DNA of 64,000 bases from Bacilli bacterium (GCA_035647455.1 DASRNI010000028.1:202736-266735), one strand, 5' to 3'. Counted from the first letter of the stretch, positions 45,400 to 51,898 are shown. Made by a program: numbers and translations. The notes: generated from the letters alone by a model not told the origin.

Positions 45400-45777
45400 A
45401 TGTGGGGATATTTAAGTTTTATTTTTTTGTATATGTTTATGGGCACATTTACTGTCAGTGTTAATTTAGTGCATATGAATGAAGTTTTTAATAGTTTTTC
45501 GCATTCCTACGTTGCTACATTTGTGATTTACAACCAAAATTATGATGAGTTACTTTTTGATACGTATAGTTTAAATAGTGAAGTTGCCGCGTACTTTGCC
45601 GAAAATATTAACACGGCAATTAATTATCAATATCAGCTTAATTATTTTTATGACGAAGAAGAAGTGACACACGAAAACACAGTTAATAATTTTACAATTA
45701 CATTAAAAGGTGATGTTGGTTTTTTTGTTGAGTACGAAAAAACATTTCGTTACTATATTGTCCGATGGAGAAGTTAG
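45400..45777 (+). CDS. Small N-terminally anchored protein (possible minor pilin/pseudopilin)
   Basis: ATG at 45400 is 1 nt after the preceding stop (the listed TTG at 45385 is an alternative). It starts MWGYLSFIFLYMFMGTFTVSVNLV and continues with a roughly 100-aa hydrophilic domain. Confidence 0.55.
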   Translation: MWGYLSFIFLYMFMGTFTVSVNLVHMNEVFNSFSHSYVATFVIYNQNYDELLFDTYSLNSEVAAYFAENINTAINYQYQLNYFYDEEEVTHENTVNNFTITLKGDVGFFVEYEKTFRYYIVRWRS

Positions 45778-46682
45778 TTAACGTTATTAACGCAAGTTTC
45801 CTAAAAGACTACGTTAATGATAAGAATATTACGGATATTAGTTATAACGGCCATGAATTGTTTATTTTTGATACAGTTAAAGGACGACGGTTTGCGCGGA
45901 CTGTTACGACGGAAGAAGTAATGGTATTACTACGTAACGTTGCGAACTTAGCAAATGCCCAGTTTTCTTATCGCGACACTTTTTTAGACTTAAGTATTGG
46001 TAAATATCGTCTAAGTGCAATGCATCCAGCGAAAAGTCGTTATAACGAAAAGAAAGCACCTAGTTTTGCTTTGCGCATTAATCATGATTTCTTGAGCACT
46101 AATCCGCATTATATTGACCGTGAAATCACCGAAATTTTAGAAGAACTGCTTATGACGAATAAAACGATCATCATTAGCGGGAAAACAGGAGTTGGGAAAA
46201 CGACGTTACAGAAGTACCTTTTAACGAAACTAAAAAGTGCGACAAGATTAGTCGTAATTGATAACGTCCTTGAGTTAGGTGAAGTAAAAAAACTTAACAA
46301 AGCACTTGATGTGACGCTTTGGCAAACAAGTGAAACGGATGAAGAAGAAATTGGGCAGTACGTTAAAAATGCATTACGGTTTCATCCGGATTACATTATT
46401 ATTGCCGAAAGCCGTGGTACGGAGATGAATGAAGTTTACCAAAGTGTAATCACGGGACATCCGAATATTATTACTTTCCATGCGCGTTCAATCGCGGCTT
46501 GTTATGCCCGTTTAGAGCGGTTAATTAAAAATGCAACGCTTGAAGAAATTTACGAGGCGTTTCCAATTATTATTCACTTAGATAAAACGGAGACAAATAA
46601 ACGCATTGTTCGCTTTATTCAAGAAATCACACTATACAATGAGACAACTAAAAAATTCGAGACACTTTTTGTGGAGCGCTAA
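45765..46682 (+). CDS. T2SS/T4P/T4SS-family secretion ATPase (CpaF/TadA/VirB11-like, minimal length)
   Basis: 305-aa ORF with ITDISYNG, LSAMHP, FALRI, Walker A ISGKTGVGKTT, VVIDNVLEL, Walker B region ALRFHPDYIIIAESRG and His box ITGHPNIITFHARS. Confidence 0.85.
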   Translation: MEKLVNVINASFLKDYVNDKNITDISYNGHELFIFDTVKGRRFARTVTTEEVMVLLRNVANLANAQFSYRDTFLDLSIGKYRLSAMHPAKSRYNEKKAPSFALRINHDFLSTNPHYIDREITEILEELLMTNKTIIISGKTGVGKTTLQKYLLTKLKSATRLVVIDNVLELGEVKKLNKALDVTLWQTSETDEEEIGQYVKNALRFHPDYIIIAESRGTEMNEVYQSVITGHPNIITFHARSIAACYARLERLIKNATLEEIYEAFPIIIHLDKTETNKRIVRFIQEITLYNETTKKFETLFVER

Positions 46683-47372
46683 ATGTTAAATATTATTAGT
46701 TTAGGAATTTTAGTCGCGCTTGTTAGTCTCTATAGTTTGATTATTTATAGTTCACTAACGCTCGTTTTAATTAATGCGCTCGTTACTTTGATGGCCGCAC
46801 TTTTTATTTACGTGCGCAGCACACTTTATCGTGAACGGATAAAGTTATTTATGGATATGGCGAGTTTTATTGAGTTGATGCTTTTAAATATTAATGTGCA
46901 AAAGACGATAGATGGGGCGTTTAACGCTGTAAAAGCGTTGTTAAGTGAAACACTTACGAAAAAATTAAGTACGCTTAATATAGCCGATAGTCGAACAGTG
47001 ATTAATGAATTGACGAATTATTTCGCCCACCATTATTATGATATTTTTACGGGTTTATTGTTTACTTATGAAGAAAGAGGGGGCGATATTATTAAAATGA
47101 GTGAAGTATTATTATTGCGGCTTGATAGCACACGGGGTTTAATTAATGCACTTCAAAAAATCGATTTGCGCTATTTAATTAAGTTTATGAGTAACTGGCT
47201 TTTCATCTTTGCGATTGGTGTTGTTTTTCGTTATGCCTTAAGTAACGTATTTACGACGTTAAATAACAGCATTATTTTTATTATAGGCAACGAAGTTTTA
47301 ATTGTGATTATGCTCTTAAGTTTAATCTTTGTCTTAGAAAACAAAAGGAGACGAATGTTTAATGTTCATTAA
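46683..47372 (+). CDS. T2SSF-like platform protein (TadB-like)
   Basis: 229-aa ORF with N-terminal TM pair, a helical cytoplasmic domain (FIELMLLNINVQKTIDGAFNAV...YEERGGDIIKMSEVLLLRL) and C-terminal TMs. The ATG directly follows the ATPase stop. Confidence 0.6.
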   Translation: MLNIISLGILVALVSLYSLIIYSSLTLVLINALVTLMAALFIYVRSTLYRERIKLFMDMASFIELMLLNINVQKTIDGAFNAVKALLSETLTKKLSTLNIADSRTVINELTNYFAHHYYDIFTGLLFTYEERGGDIIKMSEVLLLRLDSTRGLINALQKIDLRYLIKFMSNWLFIFAIGVVFRYALSNVFTTLNNSIIFIIGNEVLIVIMLLSLIFVLENKRRRMFNVH

Positions 47373-47970
47373 GAAACTTATAAAGTACGGTGCAAGTAGT
47401 GTCTTTATAATTGGTGCTGCGGTTTTATATTTGCTAAAATTCCCGCCGTTATATGCCGCGGCACTAATAATCTTAAGTTTGTTTACATTTATTTTTGTGA
47501 AAACAACCCCAGCAAAAAAGCACTTTACAATTCACGAGTTTATTATCACATTTACCCATTTTCGTGTTGCCCTTGATAGCGATGCAAATGTTTTTTATGC
47601 GCTAGTAACAGCGATTGAACGCGCTGCACCCACGTTAGCGGAAGAATTGCAATTACTCCATAATGAAATGATGACTGATCATAGTGTTACACCGTATATT
47701 AACTTTGCCCAAAACTTTAAGGAACCAATTATCACGCATATTATGATTAATATTTATTTATTAATTAATCATGGAGTCGATGCGAAAAGGTTATGGCAAT
47801 TTAATTATATTTTCGAGACATTAATTAAGGCGAATTATGATGAAGTTTTAGCCGATCATAAAAGTAGTTATGAAAAGTATGATACGGTGCTCTATTTTGG
47901 CACGGCCGTTTTGATGATGACGATTTTGCTTAACGTAATGAATCTGATTGGAGCAGTTATCGGTGGGTAA
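47362..47970 (+). CDS. T2SSF-like platform protein (TadC-like)
   Basis: 202-aa ORF with the same topology (N-terminal TMs, helical middle, C-terminal TM). Overlaps the previous ORF by 11 nt. Confidence 0.5.
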   Translation: MFIKKLIKYGASSVFIIGAAVLYLLKFPPLYAAALIILSLFTFIFVKTTPAKKHFTIHEFIITFTHFRVALDSDANVFYALVTAIERAAPTLAEELQLLHNEMMTDHSVTPYINFAQNFKEPIITHIMINIYLLINHGVDAKRLWQFNYIFETLIKANYDEVLADHKSSYEKYDTVLYFGTAVLMMTILLNVMNLIGAVIGG

Positions 47971-48301
47971 CTTACTTAATACGCTATTCGGTGTTTTACT
48001 GATTCTGCCGATTATTTTGTTTGGGGTGGATCTTTATAGTATTAATGCGACAAAGTCATACTTAGAAGCACGGGCAACGACACTAAGTTACCGCATTAGT
48101 AAAGAAGGTGGTGTCCGGCAAACTTTAGTTAATGAACTTGCCAGTGAAAATATTATTATTAATTGTTTTGGCGAATGTCAAACTGTCAGCGCGGGCCAAA
48201 TTATTAAGTTCCAAATTGCGACGTATTATACGCCAATTGTCATTAATGCTGAAAACTTTGTTATCACCGTAACAAGAACAGTAATGATTGGCTATTTATA
48301 A
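47948..48301 (+). CDS. TadE-like pseudopilin / pilus assembly protein
   Basis: 117-aa ORF (TTG 47948 or GTG 47963). Its N-terminus LLNTLFGVLLILPIILFGVDLYS resembles the TadE N-terminal motif. Overlaps the previous ORF. Confidence 0.55.
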   Translation: MEQLSVGNLLNTLFGVLLILPIILFGVDLYSINATKSYLEARATTLSYRISKEGGVRQTLVNELASENIIINCFGECQTVSAGQIIKFQIATYYTPIVINAENFVITVTRTVMIGYL

Positions 48302-48318
48302 AGTAAGGAGGTGAGAAA

Positions 48319-48477
48319 ATGAGTGAACTAAAAGGACAAATATTAGGTGTATTACTAGTTATTCTCATGTTTGGGATAATTTCTGGAACAATGAAAATGA
48401 TTTTCAATTCAACGACATCACGGATTAGTTCAGAATATGACCAAGCGATATCAAACTTTACTGCTACAACTCCATAA
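48319..48477 (+). CDS. 52-aa Flp/type-IV-pilin-like prepilin candidate (not in the supplied ORF track)
   Basis: ATG 48319 follows a near-perfect RBS AAGGAGGTGA with a 6-nt spacer. Translation: MSELKGQILGVLLVILMFGIISGTMKMIFNSTTSRISSEYDQAISNFTATTP. A short charged leader ending KG is followed by a hydrophobic helix of about 17 aa. It is the last gene of the cluster. Confidence 0.6.
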   Translation: MSELKGQILGVLLVILMFGIISGTMKMIFNSTTSRISSEYDQAISNFTATTP

Positions 48478-48512
48478 TCAAAAAAGGAGTGGTTTGTAGC
48501 AATGTTTTATGT

Positions 48513-48541
48513 TTGCCAATAGTGAATATATTTGCTAATAT
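48513..48541 (+). promoter_or_regulatory. Putative promoter of acpP
   Basis: TTGCCA, 17 nt, TAATAT. Lies 17 nt upstream of the ACP start. Confidence 0.45.
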
Positions 48542-48557
48542 TTTCGTGAGGTGGATT

Positions 48558-48785
48558 ATGAATAAAAATCTAGCGAAAATAGAACAAGTGTTCAAGGAGA
48601 TGTTAAACTTAACATCGCTCGAACCCGAAATGGAACTCAAAACTCTTGGTTTAGATAGTCTCGACTTAGTCGAACTAATGATGAAACTCGAAGAAGAGTT
48701 TGGGATTGAATTCACAGATGACGAAATGCTTGGCTTCGAAACAATTGCTGATGTTACTGCCGATATTACAAAAAAATTAAACTAA
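48558..48785 (+). CDS. acpP: Acyl carrier protein
   Basis: 75-aa ORF from the ATG at 48558 (RBS GTGAGGTGG), with phosphopantetheine site LGLDSLDLVELMMKLEEEFGIEF. The listed longer ORF from 48489 is unlikely. Confidence 0.85.
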   Translation: MNKNLAKIEQVFKEMLNLTSLEPEMELKTLGLDSLDLVELMMKLEEEFGIEFTDDEMLGFETIADVTADITKKLN

Positions 48786-48800
48786 GTTTAATGATTGTAA

Positions 48801-48829
48801 TTGTCAAGCCGTAAAAAGTATGGTAATAT
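48801..48829 (+). promoter_or_regulatory. Putative promoter of the tRNA-Asn/tRNA-Glu pair
   Basis: TTGTCA, 17 nt, TGgTAATAT (extended -10). Lies about 24 nt upstream of tRNA-Asn. Confidence 0.55.
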
Positions 48830-48852
48830 AGCATTTGCTTGTAGTTAAGCAG

Positions 48853-48927
48853 GCCTAGTTAGCTCAGCGGTAGAGCAATCGGCTGTTAACCGATCGGTCG
48901 CAGGTTCAAATCCTGCACTAGGCGCCA
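48853..48927 (+). tRNA. tRNA-Asn (anticodon GTT)
   Basis: Acceptor GCCTAGT/ACTAGGC, D-arm AGCTCAGCGGTAGAGC, anticodon loop CTGTTAA, T-arm GCAGGTTCAAATCCTGC and an encoded CCA. Confidence 0.92.
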
Positions 48928-48933
48928 CGATGT

Positions 48934-49010
48934 GGCCCGTTGGAGAAGTGGTTTAACTCACCAGCCTTTCACGCTGGCATACATGGGTTCGAATCCCGTA
49001 CGGGTCGCCA
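48934..49010 (+). tRNA. tRNA-Glu (anticodon TTC)
   Basis: Acceptor GGCCCGT/ACGGGTC, anticodon stem CCAGC/GCTGG with loop CTTTCAC, T-loop GGGTTCGAATCCC and an encoded CCA. Confidence 0.9.
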
Positions 49011-49023
49011 ATCGAACATTAAA

Positions 49024-49053
49024 GCTTGTCTCAATACGAGATAGGCTTTTTTT
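49024..49053 (+). terminator. Terminator of the tRNA operon (founding copy of the repeated hairpin family)
   Basis: GCTTGTCTC-AATAC-GAGATAGGC (with G-U pairs) followed by T7. Confidence 0.75.
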
Positions 49054-49063
49054 GTTCATAAGT

Positions 49064-49156
49064 AATGTGGAACAATTTAGTGAGTAATGTTCCACATTTG
49101 ATAAGTGTTGTGTTATAATAAATATGTGGAACAAAAAACCGTAAACGTTCCACATA
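49064..49156 (+). promoter_or_regulatory. Promoter flanked by two palindromic operators sharing the half-site ATGTGGAAC
   Basis: IR1 is AATGTGGAACA (49064..49074) / TGTTCCACATT (49088..49098). The extended -10 TGtTATAAT ends at 49119. IR2 is TATGTGGAAC (49123..49132) / GTTCCACATA (49147..49156). Both IRs are perfect, with 13-14 nt spacers. Confidence 0.55.
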
Positions 49157-49170
49157 AAAAGAGGTAAAAT

Positions 49171-50082
49171 ATGATTGATTTAATTCAAGAAAAAGAACTA
49201 ATTGAAAATCGCCTAGATAATTTGATGCATGGTTCTATTGAAATTAGAGAACGAAATGAGCATAAGTATATTTATGTTAACTATCGTGACGTCGGGATTA
49301 AAAGAAGTAAGTACGCTGGTGTTTATTCACCAGAGTTACAAAACACTATTATTGAAAACAATAAACTTGCTAAACAATATAAAAGACGTCTTCGTGAAAT
49401 TAACAAAATTTTGGATGAACTAGGTTATAGCGAGAGCAGTTTAAACGAGAAAATTAAATTAAACATTGATGTCGCCCGGAAAAACTTAGCGGATTCAATC
49501 TACAAGCAAGCAAGACTTGAAGGTATTTTAACAACGTATGCTGATACGGAAACAATCATTGCTGGCGGAAAAGTTAAAAACATGCATATTGATGATGTCA
49601 TGAAGATTGTTAATTTAAAAAGAGCATGGAACTTTATTCTTAACGAATATGTCATTACTCATCCAACAGATTACAACATTTTACGACAAATCAACGGAAT
49701 TGTTGATGACGGTTTTTCATATACAGCCGGGCAAATTAGACCAGTTCCGGTAAAAATCGGTGGATCAACATATTTACCCCCAATACCAATTGAAACGAAA
49801 GTAATTGAAGATATTAATAATATAGTAAATAGTTCCATCAGTGTTGCGGACAAAACAATTGAACTTTTACTTTATGTAACAAAGAGCCAAATATTTATTG
49901 ATGGGAATAAACGTACAGCAGTAATCTTTGCGAACCATTATCTTATAAGTCAGGGTGGAGGACTTATTATTATCCCTGAAGAAGTAGTAACTGAATATGT
50001 TAAACACCTTCTTAATTATTATGAAAACAAAAATGACAAAATCAAAAACTTCTTAAAAGAAAAATGTTTAATGCTTTTCTAA
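49171..50082 (+). CDS. Fic/Doc-family protein with degenerate Doc-type motif (Gln in place of catalytic His)
   Basis: 303-aa ORF. The C-terminal region contains SQIFIDGNKRTAVIFANHYL, which matches the Doc signature HxFx(D/N)(A/G)NKR except H to Q. Upstream, ARLEGILTTYADTETII resembles Fic N-terminal helices. Confidence 0.6.
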   Translation: MIDLIQEKELIENRLDNLMHGSIEIRERNEHKYIYVNYRDVGIKRSKYAGVYSPELQNTIIENNKLAKQYKRRLREINKILDELGYSESSLNEKIKLNIDVARKNLADSIYKQARLEGILTTYADTETIIAGGKVKNMHIDDVMKIVNLKRAWNFILNEYVITHPTDYNILRQINGIVDDGFSYTAGQIRPVPVKIGGSTYLPPIPIETKVIEDINNIVNSSISVADKTIELLLYVTKSQIFIDGNKRTAVIFANHYLISQGGGLIIIPEEVVTEYVKHLLNYYENKNDKIKNFLKEKCLMLF

Positions 50083-50134
50083 ATGCTTTTAAAGACCGCA
50101 TAAGTTGCTATACGTGTAACTTTAAAAACGAAAT

Positions 50135-50209
50135 AAAGTTCGTATGCTGAATAAAATGGGTCGCCAATCAAACATTAAAGCTTGTCTCAACACGAGGTAG
50201 GCTTTTTTT
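50135..50209 (+). repeat. Duplicate of the tRNA-Glu 3' end plus terminator (copy B)
   Basis: AAAGTTCGTATGCTGAATAAAAT + GGGTCGCCAATCAAACATTAAAGCTTGTCTCAACACGAGGTAGGC + T7. From GGGTCGCCA onward it matches 49002..49053 with a few substitutions. Confidence 0.85.
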
Positions 50210-50340
50210 GTACAATTTTAATGGCACAGAATTATAGTGCAACGATAGGAAATTTATCGTTGCAGTTTTGCGAAGATACAAAAATTATCGCCGCACTAAT
50301 TTAAATGCAAACTCATTTTATAATTCACTCGGCACACTTT

Positions 50341-50401
50341 CAACAAAACACTCAATTAAAATCCAACAAAACACTCAATTATTTTGCAACAAAACACTCA
50401 A
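50341..50401 (+). repeat. Three 15-bp direct repeats CAACAAAACACTCAA at 23-bp spacing, upstream of the AAA ATPase gene
   Basis: Perfect copies at 50341, 50364 and 50387. The last abuts an extended -10-like TGgTATTAT (50404..50412). Confidence 0.85.
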
Positions 50402-50434
50402 CATGGTATTATTTAGATGAAAGAGGGGTCTACT

Positions 50435-51691
50435 ATGGAATATATTAAACGTTTAAGTGAAAAGAAATTAGAGTTTTATTTAAGTACTTTTAAAAGTGTA
50501 GCCATTGTCGGTCCTAAGTTTAGTGGTAAAACAACATTGGCAAAACGGTTTGCAAAAAGCGATATTTATTTAACATCACTTAATATTGATGAAAACAAAA
50601 CTATCTTACAGTTAAACCCTGGCCTGTTTTTTACGGGTGATAAACCGAAACTTATTGACGAATGGCAACTTATTCCAGAAGTGTGGGATTTGGTAAGACA
50701 TCAAGTTGATAAAGAAAAAGGACGTGGTTTATATATTTTAACATGCTCGTCTGCGGCGAATCTTGATAAAACAAGACATTCAGGCGCCGGAAGAATCGGG
50801 CGGATGATTGTGCGGCCGATGAGCCTCTTTGAGACAAGTGTTTCCTCTGGTGAAGCTTCACTTAGTGACTTACTTGATGGAAAAAAGTTCGATTCATTTA
50901 AAAGTAATGTTAGTGTTGAAGAATATGCGAAGTGGATTATTAAAGGTGGGTGGCCTGAAGGTATCTACGACACAGAAAAACAAGCAATTAGTAAAAATAG
51001 AGCATACTTAGATGCGCTCGTAAAGGAAGACGTTAATAAAGTGACCGATAAAACTTACAACGAACTCAGAATGCGGAAGATCATTGAATCTCTTGCGCGT
51101 AATACCGCTAGTGAAGCAACAAACGTTAGCATCGAAAGCGATGTTAAAGCGATGGACGAAAGCATTTCCCAAAATACATTAGTCGATTATTTAGATGTTT
51201 TAAATAAACTTTATATAATTGAAGACCTTAAAGCGTGGAATCCTAATTTGCGGTCAAAAGCAGTAATACGCACATCACCAGCAAGATTCTTTGTTGATCC
51301 GTCAATCGGTGCGGCTTCTTTAGGACTAACATCGACAAGACTTTTAAGTGACTTCAAAACGTTTGGACTCTTTTTTGAAGCACTAGTACTAAGAGATATT
51401 AGAGTTTACGCTGATGTTAATCAAGGAGAAGTATATCGTTATAAAGACAGTTCTGGCTTAGAAATTGACATGATTGTTGAACTAGATGACGGGCGATGGG
51501 GAGCGTTTGAAATTAAAATGGGCAGCCATCAATTAGATCAAGCGGCAATGAATTTACATAAACTTGCCGATAACATCGACGAAACCAAAATGATGAAACC
51601 TTCATTTCTTGCGATTATAACCGCAACCGAATATGCATATAGGCGCGAAGATGGAGTGCTTGTTATACCTTTAGCATTGTTGCGTGACTAA
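50435..51691 (+). CDS. AAA+ ATPase (AAA_14-like) with DUF4143 / PD-(D/E)xK-like C-terminal domain
   Basis: Walker A GPKFSGKTT, Walker B LIDEWQ and C-terminal GLEIDMIVE...GAFEIKMG (D...ExK). ATG at 50435 follows AAGAGGGG; the listed ATG at 50417 is an alternative. Confidence 0.75.
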   Translation: MEYIKRLSEKKLEFYLSTFKSVAIVGPKFSGKTTLAKRFAKSDIYLTSLNIDENKTILQLNPGLFFTGDKPKLIDEWQLIPEVWDLVRHQVDKEKGRGLYILTCSSAANLDKTRHSGAGRIGRMIVRPMSLFETSVSSGEASLSDLLDGKKFDSFKSNVSVEEYAKWIIKGGWPEGIYDTEKQAISKNRAYLDALVKEDVNKVTDKTYNELRMRKIIESLARNTASEATNVSIESDVKAMDESISQNTLVDYLDVLNKLYIIEDLKAWNPNLRSKAVIRTSPARFFVDPSIGAASLGLTSTRLLSDFKTFGLFFEALVLRDIRVYADVNQGEVYRYKDSSGLEIDMIVELDDGRWGAFEIKMGSHQLDQAAMNLHKLADNIDETKMMKPSFLAIITATEYAYRREDGVLVIPLALLRD

Positions 51692-51740
51692 GAAGTAAAC
51701 AACAAAACAATTCCCATTCTTGTTTTGTTAAATACATAAA

Positions 51741-51813
51741 AAAGTTCGTATGCTGAATAGAATGGGTCGCCAATCGAACATTAAAGCTTATCTCAACACG
51801 AGATAGGTTTTTT
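51741..51813 (+). repeat. Duplicate of the tRNA-Glu 3' end plus terminator (copy C)
   Basis: AAAGTTCGTATGCTGAATAGAAT + GGGTCGCCAATCGAACATTAAAGCTTATCTCAACACGAGATAGG + T-run. Confidence 0.85.
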
Positions 51814-51898
51814 GTAGCGATTTTGTGAACCTATTTAGAAGAACTTATTGCGGCCCTTTTTCGTATATGCTAAAGTGATAATATGTAAAGGAGAAAAA

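Noticed and set aside
48489-48557. N-terminal extension of the ACP ORF (listed start 48489)
   Set aside because: The extension (MVCSNVLCLPIVNIFANIFVRWI) covers a good TTGCCA-17-TAATAT promoter. The conserved ACP sequence begins at the ATG at 48558, which has its own RBS.
48958-49155. 65-aa minus-strand ORF from the six-frame track
   Set aside because: It overlaps tRNA-Glu, its terminator and the operator region. It has no RBS and is an artefact of a stop-free stretch.
50341-50401. Mini CRISPR-like array (three identical direct repeats)
   Set aside because: The repeats are only 15 bp with 8-bp spacers, there are three copies, and no cas genes are present. They overlap a promoter, so they are far more likely a protein-binding array.
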